Below the pieces are notes generated by a model. The model was not told the origin of the DNA, did no database searches, and saw nothing but the letters and a program-made list of their open reading frames with translations. The position numbers and the translations under genes are program-made. This document shows positions 28,993 to 39,231 of a stretch of 64,000 nucleotides of DNA, piece after piece (within the stretch, counting starts at the first letter, position 1; each line of letters begins with the position of its first letter). Origin of the DNA: an uncultured Gemmatimonadaceae bacterium (lineage in GTDB: Bacteria > Gemmatimonadota > Gemmatimonadetes > Gemmatimonadales > Gemmatimonadaceae); the NCBI GenBank assembly GCA_963781585.1, contig CAWAGQ010000017.1, positions 18,469 to 82,468 on the forward strand, given 5' to 3'.

Positions 28993-31373
28993 ACGCCTAC
29001 TGGCGCGCCGCGAACTATCTGTCGGTCGGCCAGATCTACCTGTTCGACAACCCGCTGCTGAAACAGCCCCTGAGACCGGCCCACATCAAGCCGCGGCTGC
29101 TGGGCCATTGGGGCACCACCCCCGGCCTGAACTTCATCTACGTCCATCTCAACCGCGTCATCACTCGTTATGACCTGGATATGCTGCTGGTGGTCGGGCC
29201 GGGTCATGGCGGTCCGGGCATCGTGGCGAACACCTACCTCGAAGGGACCTACAGCGAACTCTATCCGAACGTCTCGCCCGACGAGCCGGGGATGAAGCGT
29301 CTCTTCACGCAGTTCTCGTTTCCCGGCGGCATTCCCAGCCATTGCGCGCCCGAGACGCCGGGGTCGATCAACGAGGGCGGTGAACTCGGCTACAGCCTGG
29401 CGCACGCGTTCGGTGCGGCGTTCGACAATCCGAACCTCCTGGTCGCGTGCATCATCGGCGACGGTGAAGCGGAGACCGGCGCCCTCGCCACCTCGTGGCA
29501 CTCGAACAAGTTCCTCAACCCCGAGCGCGACGGCGCGGTACTGCCGATCCTGCACCTCAACGGCTACAAGATCGCGAATCCGACGGTGCTGGCGCGCATC
29601 GATCGGGAAGAGCTGGGACGGATGCTGCGCGGCTGCGGGTACGAGCCGATCTTCATTGGAGGGCACGAGCCGGCGAAGATGCACCAGTTGATGGCGGCGG
29701 CGCTGGACCGGGCCGTGAAGCGGATCAGGACGATCCAGTCGGACGCGCGGGCCACGGGATTCCGGCACCGTCCCGTCTGGCCGGTGATCGTCCTCGCCAC
29801 ACCCAAGGGATGGACCGGTCCAAAGATCGTCGACGGGGTGCGGGTGGAAGGAACGTTTCGCGCGCATCAGGTGCCGCTGGCCGAAGTCCGTACCAGACCG
29901 CGGCACCTCCGCATGCTCGAGCGCTGGATGAAGAGCTACCGGCCGCGCGAACTGTTCGACGCGAACGGCACGTTCCGCTCCGAGCTGGCTGCGCTCGCGC
30001 CAAAGGGTGACCGACGTTTGGGTGCGAACCCGCACGCCAACGGCGGCCTGCTGCTGCGCGATCTGCGGATGCCCGACTTTCGCGACTACGCCGTCGCCGT
30101 CTCCAGGCCCGGCCTGGTCCGCGCCGAGGCGACGCGCATCACCGGCGCGTTCCTGCGCGACGTGATGAAGGCAAACTGGGACGACCGCAACTTCCGGGTC
30201 TTTGGCGCCGACGAGACCGCGTCCAATCGCCTCACGCATCTGTTCGACATTACCGACCGCGAATCGACCGCCGAGATTCTCAGGAGCGACGACCACGTGT
30301 CGCCGGATGGGCGCGTGATGGAGGTGCTGAGCGAGCACCTGTGCCAGGGATGGCTCGAGGGATACCTCCTGACCGGGCGCCACGGCTTCTTCTCGTGCTA
30401 CGAGGCCTTCATCCACATCGTCGATTCGATGTTCAACCAGCACGCGAAGTGGCTCAAGGTCACGCGCACGATCCCCTGGCGGCGGCCGATCGCGTCGCTG
30501 AACTACCTGCTCACGTCGCACGTCTGGCGACAGGATCACAACGGCTTCAGCCATCAGGATCCCGGTTTCATCGATCACGTGGTCAACAAGAAGGCGGATG
30601 TGATCCGGATCTACCTGCCGCCCGACGCGAACTCGCTGCTCTCGGTGGTGGACCACTGCCTGCGGAGTCGCCACTACGTGAACGTGATCGTTGCCGGGAA
30701 ACAACCCGAGCTGCAGTGGCTCGACATGGACGAGGCAATCCGGCACTGCACCGCCGGGATCGGCATCTTCGAGTGGGCGAGCACCGATCGAGGCGGCGAA
30801 CCCGATGTGGTGATGGCGTGCGCCGGCGATGTCCCCACGCTCGAGACCCTGGCGGCCGTGCAACTGCTGCGGCTCGAGTTCCCCGCACTCAAGGTGCGGG
30901 TGGTCAACGTGGTGGATCTGATGACGCTCCAGCCGCAGAGCGAGCATCCGCACGGCCTGAGCGACCGGGACTTCGACACGCTGTTCACCGCGAGCAAGCC
31001 GATCATCTTCGCGTTTCACGGCTACCCGTGGCTCATCCACCGACTGACGTATCGCCGGACGAATCACGACAATCTCCACGTCCGCGGCTACAAGGAGGAA
31101 GGAACGACCACCACCCCGTTCGACATGGTGGTGATGAACGATCTGGACCGGTTTCACCTGGTGAGCGACGTGATCGACCGGGTCCCTCAACTGGGGCCGC
31201 GTGCCGCATACGTGAAGCAGTTCATCCGCGACAAGCTGCTGGACCACAAGCGCTACGTGCAGACGTACGGCCAGGACATGCCGGAGATCCGCGACTGGCA
31301 CTGGGGCGCCGGCGTCCGTGCCCCGTTGGCACCAGGAGGGCGTCGCCGGACGACCGCGAGCCGGGCGCGTTGA
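28953..31373 (+). CDS. xfp: Xylulose-5-phosphate/fructose-6-phosphate phosphoketolase
   Basis: [32 protein letters not shown] and [12 protein letters not shown] motifs. Confidence 0.96.
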   Translation: MPAPLSRSLLDRMNAYWRAANYLSVGQIYLFDNPLLKQPLRPAHIKPRLLGHWGTTPGLNFIYVHLNRVITRYDLDMLLVVGPGHGGPGIVANTYLEGTYSELYPNVSPDEPGMKRLFTQFSFPGGIPSHCAPETPGSINEGGELGYSLAHAFGAAFDNPNLLVACIIGDGEAETGALATSWHSNKFLNPERDGAVLPILHLNGYKIANPTVLARIDREELGRMLRGCGYEPIFIGGHEPAKMHQLMAAALDRAVKRIRTIQSDARATGFRHRPVWPVIVLATPKGWTGPKIVDGVRVEGTFRAHQVPLAEVRTRPRHLRMLERWMKSYRPRELFDANGTFRSELAALAPKGDRRLGANPHANGGLLLRDLRMPDFRDYAVAVSRPGLVRAEATRITGAFLRDVMKANWDDRNFRVFGADETASNRLTHLFDITDRESTAEILRSDDHVSPDGRVMEVLSEHLCQGWLEGYLLTGRHGFFSCYEAFIHIVDSMFNQHAKWLKVTRTIPWRRPIASLNYLLTSHVWRQDHNGFSHQDPGFIDHVVNKKADVIRIYLPPDANSLLSVVDHCLRSRHYVNVIVAGKQPELQWLDMDEAIRHCTAGIGIFEWASTDRGGEPDVVMACAGDVPTLETLAAVQLLRLEFPALKVRVVNVVDLMTLQPQSEHPHGLSDRDFDTLFTASKPIIFAFHGYPWLIHRLTYRRTNHDNLHVRGYKEEGTTTTPFDMVVMNDLDRFHLVSDVIDRVPQLGPRAAYVKQFIRDKLLDHKRYVQTYGQDMPEIRDWHWGAGVRAPLAPGGRRRTTASRAR

Positions 31374-31375
31374 CG

Positions 31376-32044
31376 ATGGAAGGCGATCTGGTCTTTCTCC
31401 TCGACGTGGATAACACGCTGCTCGACAACGACGTCATCGAGCAGGACCTGCGGCGTCATCTCGATGCGGCGTTCGGCGCGACATGCGAAGCACAGTACTG
31501 GCGGATCTTCGAGCAGCTTCGCTCGGAGCTCGGATACGCCGACTACCTGGGCGCGCTGCAGCGATACCGGCTGGAGCACACCCACGACCCCCGGATCCTG
31601 ACGATCTCGCTGTTCCTGCTGGATTACCCGTTTGCCGAGCGGCTGTACGCCGGAGCGATCGAGGTGATCGACCGCCTTCGCCACCACGGCACGGTGGTCA
31701 TCGTGTCGGACGGCGACGTCGTCTTTCAGCCGCGGAAGATCGAGCGGTCGGGCCTGTGGAACGCCGTGACCGGCAACGTCCTGATCTACATCCATAAGGA
31801 GCAGATGCTCGACGACATCGCGCAGCGATACCCGGCCCGCCATTACGTGATGGTCGACGACAAGCTGCGCATCCACTCGGCGATCAAACAGAGCTGGGGC
31901 GAGCGGGTGACGACCGTGTTCGTACGCCAGGGCCACTACGCACTCGATCGGTCGGTGGTCGCGCGTTACCCGGCGGCCGACCGGACGGTGGAGCGGATTG
32001 CCGACCTGGACTGGGACGCTACGTCGATTCGCGATCGCCGCTGA
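31376..32044 (+). CDS. HAD family hydrolase
   Basis: LLDVDNTL, SDGD and MVDDK motifs. Confidence 0.9.
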   Translation: MEGDLVFLLDVDNTLLDNDVIEQDLRRHLDAAFGATCEAQYWRIFEQLRSELGYADYLGALQRYRLEHTHDPRILTISLFLLDYPFAERLYAGAIEVIDRLRHHGTVVIVSDGDVVFQPRKIERSGLWNAVTGNVLIYIHKEQMLDDIAQRYPARHYVMVDDKLRIHSAIKQSWGERVTTVFVRQGHYALDRSVVARYPAADRTVERIADLDWDATSIRDRR

Positions 32045-33206
32045 ACAGGAGACGCCGCGCGTGCCTGGCGAGGACGAGATCCTCGTTGGTCTGCATCACC
32101 CGCACGGCGACCTGGCTCGTGTCGGACGAGATGACCGCGCCATGGGTCGCGTTTCGACCGGCGTCAATGTCTATCCCGAATGCACCCAGGCCCGCCGCGA
32201 TCCGGTCGCGAATGATGGGGCTGTGTTCGCCGATCCCTCCGGTGAACACCAGCGTATCCAGACCGCCGAGTACGGCCAGGAGTGAGCCAACCGCTTTCTT
32301 CGCGAGATAGCAGAACAGGGCGACGGCCGCGGCCGCGCGCGGATCAGTCGCTTCGCGCTCGAGCAGATCATGCATGTCGCTGGTGGTGCCCGAGACGCCC
32401 AGCAGTCCCGCTTCGGCGTTCACCAGGCGGTTCAGTGCCGGCGCTTTCAGTCGCTCGCGGCGGAGCGCGTAGAGCAGAACCCCCGGATCGAGATCGCCGG
32501 TACGCGTTCCCATCATCAGCCCGCCGGCGGGGGAGAATCCCATCGTCGTATCGATGCTCCGGCCGCGATACACGGCCGTCATGCTGGCGCCGTTGCCGAG
32601 ATGGGCGATGATCAGGCGGCTGTCAGCTGCGCGCGGGTCGTTCGTGCGCAGCGCCGACACGATGTACTCGCACGACAGACCGTGAAATCCATAGCGGCGC
32701 ACGCCGGCCTCCTCGAAGCGCGACGGCAGGGGGTACATCCGCGCGACCGACGGCAGCGTGCGATGGAACGCCGTGTCGAAGCACGCGACCTGCGGAACCC
32801 GCCGATAGCTGCGGCCGATGGAGCGGATGGCGAGGAGGGTCTGCGGCAGGTGGTCGGGATCGACCGCGACGAGCCGGCGCAGCTCGCGCACGACATCGGG
32901 CGTGATGCGTTGCGGTTCGGTGTAGTCGCCACCGTGCACCACGCGATGGGCGACCGCGTGCACGGGGTGCAGATCGGACTCCTGACGCAGCCAGTGGAGC
33001 ACGGCATCGAGCGCGGCGGCGTGATCGATGCTGCCGAGTCGATGATCACGGGCGGGCTGCCCGGATGGACCGGTGGTGTGGAGGCGGCCGTCCGGCGTGC
33101 CGATGCGATCGACCTGCGCGACCGCGAGCGGTTCGTCCGAGTCGCTCGCGGTGTAGACTGCCGCCTTCAGGCTCGATGACCCGGCGTTGAGCGTGAGGAT
33201 GCGCAT
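32019..33206 (-). CDS. ackA: Acetate/propionate kinase
   Basis: LNAGSSSLK, HRVVHGG, FDTAFH, RYGFHG, HLGNGAS, MGTRTGD and FTGGIGE motifs. Confidence 0.95.
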   Translation of the reverse strand: MRILTLNAGSSSLKAAVYTASDSDEPLAVAQVDRIGTPDGRLHTTGPSGQPARDHRLGSIDHAAALDAVLHWLRQESDLHPVHAVAHRVVHGGDYTEPQRITPDVVRELRRLVAVDPDHLPQTLLAIRSIGRSYRRVPQVACFDTAFHRTLPSVARMYPLPSRFEEAGVRRYGFHGLSCEYIVSALRTNDPRAADSRLIIAHLGNGASMTAVYRGRSIDTTMGFSPAGGLMMGTRTGDLDPGVLLYALRRERLKAPALNRLVNAEAGLLGVSGTTSDMHDLLEREATDPRAAAAVALFCYLAKKAVGSLLAVLGGLDTLVFTGGIGEHSPIIRDRIAAGLGAFGIDIDAGRNATHGAVISSDTSQVAVRVMQTNEDLVLARHARRLLFSGDREST

Positions 33207-33332
33207 CAGGGAAGATAGATGCGCGCCAGCGCCAGTGCCTCCCGTTCTCCGAACTGACCCAATGCGTTGGATGCCATCGCAAACACGAGTTGCTCGCGCG
33301 GGAGATCCGGCCCACCGGCGCCGACGACCGCG

Positions 33333-35744
33333 TCAGTCGCTGCGAATCGCCTGCACCGGATCGACCCGCGCCGCACGCCGCGCCGGCAGCCAGCTGGACA
33401 GCAGCGCCGTGACCAGGAGGGCGAGCGACACCGCAGCATAGGTCCGGAGGTCGGTGGGGCTCACGCCGTAGACCAGGGTTCGCACCCCACGCGACACCGC
33501 GCCCGCCGCCATCACGCCTAACGCCACGCCCGCCAGCGCATAGATGACACCCTGGCGGAGCACCATCGCCGTCACACTGCTGCGGCCGGCGCCCAACGCA
33601 ATGCGAATGCCGATCTCGCGCACCCGGCTGCTCACGGCATAGTTGACCACCCCGTACACACCCACGGCCCCCAGCGCGAGGCCGACCGCCGCGAACAGCG
33701 ACAGCAGCAGCATGACCACCCGTCGCTGCGCCACCGACGTCCAGACCAGACGCGAAAGTGGCTGAACATCCGAGATCGGTACTTGCGGCGAGATCGCGGC
33801 CACGCGCGCGTACACCGCACGGGCCAGCGCCACCGGGTCGCCGGCGGTGCGGGCGACGATCGCCATCGCCCACTGCGGCATCTGCCGCTCGGAGACGTAG
33901 AACTCAGGGCGCGGCTCGTCGCTCAGCGCGGCGTAACGGACATCGCCGACCACCCCGACGATGGTGGCGGGGCGCGCCGTGGCCGGCGTACCGATGCGAA
34001 TCCGCTTTCCCACGGCCGATTCACCCGGGAACTCCTGCCGCGCGAACGTCGCGTTCACAAGCGCGACCAGCGGCGCCGTGGCGTCGTCGCGTACGTCGAA
34101 GTCGCGCCCCTCGAGCAGCCGGATCCCCATGGTGCGGAGGTAGTCGCCGGCAATGGTGCGCCACCCAGGACTGAACGGCGTCGCGCCGGGCACGGGCGGA
34201 CGCCCGTCGATCTCCACCGTGTAGTGCCAGTCGAATCCGGTGAGCGGAAGGTGTTGGGTGGCACCGGCCGCAGTCACGCCCGGCACGGCGCGCACGCTGT
34301 CGATCACCGCGAGAAAATACCGCACGCGCTCTTCGGCACTCGCGAACCCCGCGCCGCTCGGCTGCACGCGCAGACTGAGGACATGATCGGCCCGGAACCC
34401 GGGATCGACGCGCGACAACCGCCACATGGTCTGGAGCATCAGGCCCGCGCCGATCACCAGCACCACCGCCAGGGCTACCTCCGCCACCACCAGACCGCTC
34501 CGCACGCCGCGGCCGAGCACGCCGCGCTCCCGCGCGCGCCCTCCCCGCAACGCCGGCTGCAGATCCTGCCGGCTGCCGAGCACCGCCGGCGCCAACCCGA
34601 ACAGCAGGCCGATGCCTAACGTGACGGCGGCGCAGACGCCGAGCACGGGCCAGTCCACGGCAATCCCTGCCAGACGCGGCACGTCGGGCGGGAGCAGGCC
34701 CTTGAGCACCTTCACCCCGGCCACGCCCAGGGCGAGTCCCAGCAGGCCTCCGCCCAGCGCCAGCACCACCGACTCGATCAGCATCTGCGCAACGATCCGC
34801 CGCCGGCTGGCGCCGATCGCGCTCCGGACGGCCATCTCCAGATGACGGCCGCCGGCGCGCGCCAGCAGCAGATTGCCCACGTTGGCGCCGGCGATGAGGA
34901 CGATGAATCCCACCGCGCCGAGGAGCACGAGCAGCATCGGCCGCATCGATCCGACCAGCGAGTCCCGCAGCGAGACAATGGTGAAATCGGCGCCGTACCG
35001 ATCCGGGAAGTTGAACGTGCGCCGCAGATCAGGAACAAGGGACTGGAATTCGTCGGCCGCGGTGCGCGCCGTCGCGCCGCTCACCAGCCGGCCGACCAGC
35101 AGCGCCACGCTCGCCGTGTAGAACCGGGCTGCGGGATCGATCTCGAGCGGCAGCCAGATCTGCGCATCCTGCTGGAAGATCGAGAACCCCGCCGGCATCA
35201 CGCCGATGACCGTGCGCGTCTCCCCGTCGAGCACGATCGACCGGCCGACGACGGTCGAGTCACCGCCGAACTGCGAGACCCACAACTCGTGACTGAGTAC
35301 CGCCACACCGGGCGTGCCGGGAGCGGACTCGCCGCTGGCAAACGTGCGGCCGAGCAGCGGCTTCGCGCCCAGGACCGCAAAGAAGTTGGTGGACGTTCGC
35401 GCCCCGGAGAGCTGCACCGCCCGGTCCGGAAACGACAGGGCGATCCCCCACCCCGGACTGAACGACGCGATCTTCCCGTCGTAGCTGCGCGCATGCTGCT
35501 GGAGATAGTCCAGCTCGGCGGCCGACGTGAAGTGGCCCGGCCACACCGCCACGAGTCTGGACGGCGCGGGGTACGGCAGCGGCGAAAGGAGGATGCCGTT
35601 CACCGCGCTGAACACCGCGGTGTTCACCCCGATGCCGAGGGCAAGGGTCGCGAGCGCCACGGTGGTGAAGGCCGGTGCGCGACGCAGGGTGCGCAGGGCG
35701 AAGCGGACGTCCTGTCGGAGGTGGTCGAGGCTGACGGAGCGCAT
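33333..35744 (-). CDS. ADOP-type duplicated ABC permease
   Basis: QDVRFALR, GVNTAVFS, NVGNLLLAR, REIGIRIALGA and PARRAARVDP motifs. Confidence 0.92.
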   Translation of the reverse strand: MRSVSLDHLRQDVRFALRTLRRAPAFTTVALATLALGIGVNTAVFSAVNGILLSPLPYPAPSRLVAVWPGHFTSAAELDYLQQHARSYDGKIASFSPGWGIALSFPDRAVQLSGARTSTNFFAVLGAKPLLGRTFASGESAPGTPGVAVLSHELWVSQFGGDSTVVGRSIVLDGETRTVIGVMPAGFSIFQQDAQIWLPLEIDPAARFYTASVALLVGRLVSGATARTAADEFQSLVPDLRRTFNFPDRYGADFTIVSLRDSLVGSMRPMLLVLLGAVGFIVLIAGANVGNLLLARAGGRHLEMAVRSAIGASRRRIVAQMLIESVVLALGGGLLGLALGVAGVKVLKGLLPPDVPRLAGIAVDWPVLGVCAAVTLGIGLLFGLAPAVLGSRQDLQPALRGGRARERGVLGRGVRSGLVVAEVALAVVLVIGAGLMLQTMWRLSRVDPGFRADHVLSLRVQPSGAGFASAEERVRYFLAVIDSVRAVPGVTAAGATQHLPLTGFDWHYTVEIDGRPPVPGATPFSPGWRTIAGDYLRTMGIRLLEGRDFDVRDDATAPLVALVNATFARQEFPGESAVGKRIRIGTPATARPATIVGVVGDVRYAALSDEPRPEFYVSERQMPQWAMAIVARTAGDPVALARAVYARVAAISPQVPISDVQPLSRLVWTSVAQRRVVMLLLSLFAAVGLALGAVGVYGVVNYAVSSRVREIGIRIALGAGRSSVTAMVLRQGVIYALAGVALGVMAAGAVSRGVRTLVYGVSPTDLRTYAAVSLALLVTALLSSWLPARRAARVDPVQAIRSD

Positions 35745-35859
35745 GGATCGCCCTCGGGGGGGAGGAGGTCTTCCCGATCTCGGGTCTCAGGCAATGTCCC
35801 CATGCGACAGCGGGTGTCGCCGGATGGTTGGCCCGTCGCCGCGACCGCCCGGGCGACCC

Positions 35860-36160
35860 CTACGTCCCCTGCAACAGTGCCTGTTGCTCGCGGAGGTGTT
35901 CCGCTGCCCGTTCGATCCGGGCCGCTCGATAGCGGACGAGAATGAAGTAGGTGAGAACGACCAGAAAGGCGATGTCGTTGGCCCTCAGTCCGGTGACGTA
36001 GCGGGGGTCGACGGTGCTGGGTGATGACTGCGTCTGGTGCAGGGTACGCCACCACCGTACCGACATGTAGACGATGGGAACATCGAGGGCACCGATCAGT
36101 CCGACTGCGGCGCTCCACTGCGCCCGCCGGTCGTAGTCGTCGACGAAGGAGCGCAGCGTT
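35860..36160 (-). pseudogene. ccmC: 3' fragment of cytochrome c biogenesis heme-delivery protein CcmC
   Basis: LRSFVDD..RRAQWSAAVGLIGALDVPIVYMSVRWWRTLHQ resembles the CcmC C-terminus; the N-terminal part with the WWxWD motif is absent. Confidence 0.7.
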
Positions 36161-36234
36161 CCCGGGGGCAGCGTGGCGGCGAGTTCCGGTTGAGCCATGA
36201 GACCATCCTGCATCGTCCGCGGCGCCCGGTCAAC

Positions 36235-36834
36235 TCAGACGAACGAGGTCCCGGCCTCGAAGCTCGTGCGCACCGAGGCCAACCCGACACCGGTGGCCAG
36301 TTGATAGTGCGGCAGGTCGACGAACGACGTCCAGTCACCGCCCCACTCGATGCCCGGTGCCTTCCCGACGGCCGCTGCCTGTCGGTACAACGGAGAGTTG
36401 CCCAGGTATTTCCCGTGGTCGAAGATGCCGATGTCCCAGGCGATGCCGAAGTTGTGGTTGCTGAATCCGCCGCGTGCGTTGGTCACGATCGAGGCGGCGT
36501 CTCCGAATCGCCCCTTCCGGTACAGGACATCCTGCTCGGCGTAGGTGCGGGTTCCGGAGAGAATGCGGGCGGGGATTCCCGCCGCCAGCACGCGCCTCAT
36601 GAAGGCGCGGGCCTGGCGCTGGGCCGAAGGCTGCAGGGTGCGGAGATGTCGCTCGGTCGTGCTGTCGAATTCCCCGAGCTGCGCGGCGATGGCGGCCGAC
36701 ACGGCCTCGAACTGGTTGACGGCGTCATCGGTCGTGGCTTCCCAGATGCCGTCGATGCGCCCGCCGTAGAAGCCCGAGCACTTCAGGAAGCGCTGCAGGA
36801 AGGTCACGTCCTCCGCGAACAGCTGGAGACTCAT
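36235..36834 (-). CDS. M15 family Zn peptidase (L-Ala-D-Glu endopeptidase-like) with N-terminal peptidoglycan-binding domain
   Basis: LQRFLK..GFY.G.IDG.W PG-binding motif; RTYAEQ, SNHNFGIAWD, WGGDW and DLPHYQ motifs. Confidence 0.88.
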   Translation of the reverse strand: MSLQLFAEDVTFLQRFLKCSGFYGGRIDGIWEATTDDAVNQFEAVSAAIAAQLGEFDSTTERHLRTLQPSAQRQARAFMRRVLAAGIPARILSGTRTYAEQDVLYRKGRFGDAASIVTNARGGFSNHNFGIAWDIGIFDHGKYLGNSPLYRQAAAVGKAPGIEWGGDWTSFVDLPHYQLATGVGLASVRTSFEAGTSFV

Positions 36835-37940
36835 GAGCCGCCCCTGCTGCCTAACGGTTTATCGAGCAGCTTGCCCACGATCGCCCGGGTCTGCCGGGCG
36901 GCGCCCGCCACCTGATCGGCTTTCAATACCCGCAGCAGGTCCACGGTGAGCAGGAGCGATTTCCGGCGCACGCCGGTGGCGTCGCGCCGCCAGAGCAGGC
37001 CGGCGGTCCCGAGCGTGGTGACCCGCACCAGCGGCCCGCGGCCGATGCGGCCGTCGGCGTCATAGGCCAGCACCCACGACGCACCGAGGTGGTGCTTCCA
37101 GCCGCCGAACCACACCGTGACGCCGCCCGTCTCGACCGACAGCGACTGCTTCTCGGCGATCCGGTTGTCCCGGCGAGCCAGCTCGACGCCGGCAAACGGA
37201 TGGAACACCACCAGATCGACGCGCGACGGATGGAATCGGGCGTCGCCGTTCCGCCCGATCCAGCCGCGGAGGAGCCGGTTCAGCGCCAGCTCATGCACCA
37301 GCTGACCCGGGCCGTTTGCCCGGTAGCGTTCCCATTCCCGGGCCAGCTCGCTGATCTGCGCCAGCGCTCCCGGTACGGTCTCGTAATTGACGCCGCCTAA
37401 CAAGCGACTCACCGACCGGCTGGCCCAGCAGACGCCTTCGGCCTCGTCCGGCCTGAGCGAATCCGACACCACCAGGCCCAGTGGTCGGGTCGCCTGGTCG
37501 ACCTGGAGAATGCGCCAGCCGCCGTTCATGTCCTGAAACGGCTCGAACTGCAGGTACGCGTGCTCGTGCAGCGCGGTGGCGCGGGCTGCAAGACCCAGCT
37601 GCAGCACGCCGGGCAACCGATCGAGCACCTGGCCGAGTGCATCCTGGAACGTCTGGTCGAGCGCGGTGAACTGCGGCGTCGGCTGACGGCGTTCCAGACT
37701 GTCGAAGGTCGTCGCGATATCCGTCTGCAACGCGCGCAGCACCTCCATCCACTGCCTCGCCGCGATAGTCTCACCATAACGTGACTCGACCCGTGCGGGA
37801 TGCAGCAGAACCGCGGGCGCATCGGCGCGCGGCGGCCCGGCGTTGCACGCGATGTCCACCTGAGCCGACGCGCCACGCGATGCGCCGAGAAAAAGCAGGG
37901 CGGCCGCGCCGGCGCGTCGACCCGTCGCCCGCGCGGTCAT
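36831..37940 (-). CDS. Exported hypothetical protein with helical N-half and beta-rich C-half
   Basis: Signal peptide ending ASA-Q; ATGA overlaps on both sides. Confidence 0.7.
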   Translation of the reverse strand: MTARATGRRAGAAALLFLGASRGASAQVDIACNAGPPRADAPAVLLHPARVESRYGETIAARQWMEVLRALQTDIATTFDSLERRQPTPQFTALDQTFQDALGQVLDRLPGVLQLGLAARATALHEHAYLQFEPFQDMNGGWRILQVDQATRPLGLVVSDSLRPDEAEGVCWASRSVSRLLGGVNYETVPGALAQISELAREWERYRANGPGQLVHELALNRLLRGWIGRNGDARFHPSRVDLVVFHPFAGVELARRDNRIAEKQSLSVETGGVTVWFGGWKHHLGASWVLAYDADGRIGRGPLVRVTTLGTAGLLWRRDATGVRRKSLLLTVDLLRVLKADQVAGAARQTRAIVGKLLDKPLGSRGGS

Positions 37941-39049
37941 CGGCCGAAGCACGCGGTGCGTGCCTTGCCGATTGCCTTGAAGACGTCAACCATCGCCACC
38001 GCGAACTCCACCGGGCCGATGGCGTCGCCGCGGTCGTCCCACGCCTTGCTCACCCTGGTGGCGTCCTGCCGCAACGCGGTGAGGGCCTCGGCGCACGGGT
38101 CGCCTCTCGCCTTCGCGAAATCCCGCAGCGCTCTCTTCTCGGTGGCCGCGTCGATGGTGATGCCACACGCGGCGCGCAGGATGGGAATGTGAACCTGCGG
38201 GTGCTTCAGATAGGGTACCAGGCCGTGCACGTCGACGAACTTGAGTTGCTCGAGCTCGACGTCGCGATAGAACGCCACCGCCGGGTCCCACGATGGGCGA
38301 AACATGCCGATGTGCGCCACCGGGTCGGCCGTGTGGTGGGCGTTCAGAAACTGCCGGACAAACGCGGGAATGCGCGCATCGCCGGGCGCTCCGATGGGAC
38401 GCACCGCCGAACTATGCGGATTCGCGATACTCTGGAGGACCTTGCTGACGTTCGAGATCGACGCGTACAGCTGGATGTCCATGTTCGCGAAGCCACCGAA
38501 CTGCTCCGGAGCCGACAGCAGCTCGGCCAGCGTGTCGTGCAGGACGGCGGTGCCCAGCGAGTGGCAGATGAAGCTGCATGGCGGCAACGATCCCGCACCG
38601 TCCGACACCAGCGCCTGCGCAATCTGCTCGCGCAGGTGAGCGCGGATGTCGCGGTCGAAGAACAGGCGGTAGAAGAGGACATCGACCGGACCATTCCAGA
38701 AGAACGGCGCGTCGGTCTTGGAAATTCCGGCGAGCTGGCCGACTCTCCCCGGACCAAGCTGCGGGAACCGCCGGTCAAAGGCCGCGGCAACGTCCTTCGA
38801 TCCGAATTCATCCCATGCGATGAGCTCACGGATGATGATCTCGCAGTAGGACAGGGGCACGATCCGAACGCCATCGGGACCGGGTCTGAGCGAGACATCC
38901 GCCTGCGGGTCGTATTGCCGGGCCAGCGTGCTCAGCAGGTCGACCGTTGCCTTGGACCATGCTGCCGCGGCCGCGGCGGGCTTGTCCGTCGCGTCGTCCG
39001 GGGCCCGCTGTCCCACTCCGTGGAGCAGAAAGAGAATTCGTCGCGCCAT
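37937..39049 (-). CDS. Alpha/beta hydrolase (lipase-like)
   Basis: LFLLHGVG, FICHSLG nucleophile elbow, ADPV and VHGLVPYL motifs; no signal peptide. Confidence 0.75.
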   Translation of the reverse strand: MARRILFLLHGVGQRAPDDATDKPAAAAAAWSKATVDLLSTLARQYDPQADVSLRPGPDGVRIVPLSYCEIIIRELIAWDEFGSKDVAAAFDRRFPQLGPGRVGQLAGISKTDAPFFWNGPVDVLFYRLFFDRDIRAHLREQIAQALVSDGAGSLPPCSFICHSLGTAVLHDTLAELLSAPEQFGGFANMDIQLYASISNVSKVLQSIANPHSSAVRPIGAPGDARIPAFVRQFLNAHHTADPVAHIGMFRPSWDPAVAFYRDVELEQLKFVDVHGLVPYLKHPQVHIPILRAACGITIDAATEKRALRDFAKARGDPCAEALTALRQDATRVSKAWDDRGDAIGPVEFAVAMVDVFKAIGKARTACFGR

Positions 39050-39231
39050 GAATACCGTCGTCGCGGTGGGGCGCATACGGTAGTGCCGCCGCGTCTGCGG
39101 CGCCAACATCGTATGAGAAGTTCCGATACATGCGGTAACCCGGCGGCTCACGAAGGCCCCCGCTCGTGAGCCGGTGAAACCACGCTGACGACGTGGTCGT
39201 ACAGCGGTCAGGCACAACCCCGGGGCGCTCA

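Noticed and set aside
28758..31301. 847-aa antisense ORF opposite xfp, and many other long overlapping ORFs (e.g. 20528-22495, 20599-22626, 62086-63531)
   Set aside because: Shadow ORFs typical of high-GC DNA; no recognisable motifs, and the overlapping frame encodes a clear protein family.
33206..33330. Short frame ending ...EREALALARIYLP-stop overlapping the ackA start
   Set aside because: No family recognised and no clear start; the sequence is equally explained as the ackA promoter (TATCTT).
36235..36834. Prophage inferred from the endolysin-like gene
   Set aside because: No integrase, structural, terminase or holin genes in the window.
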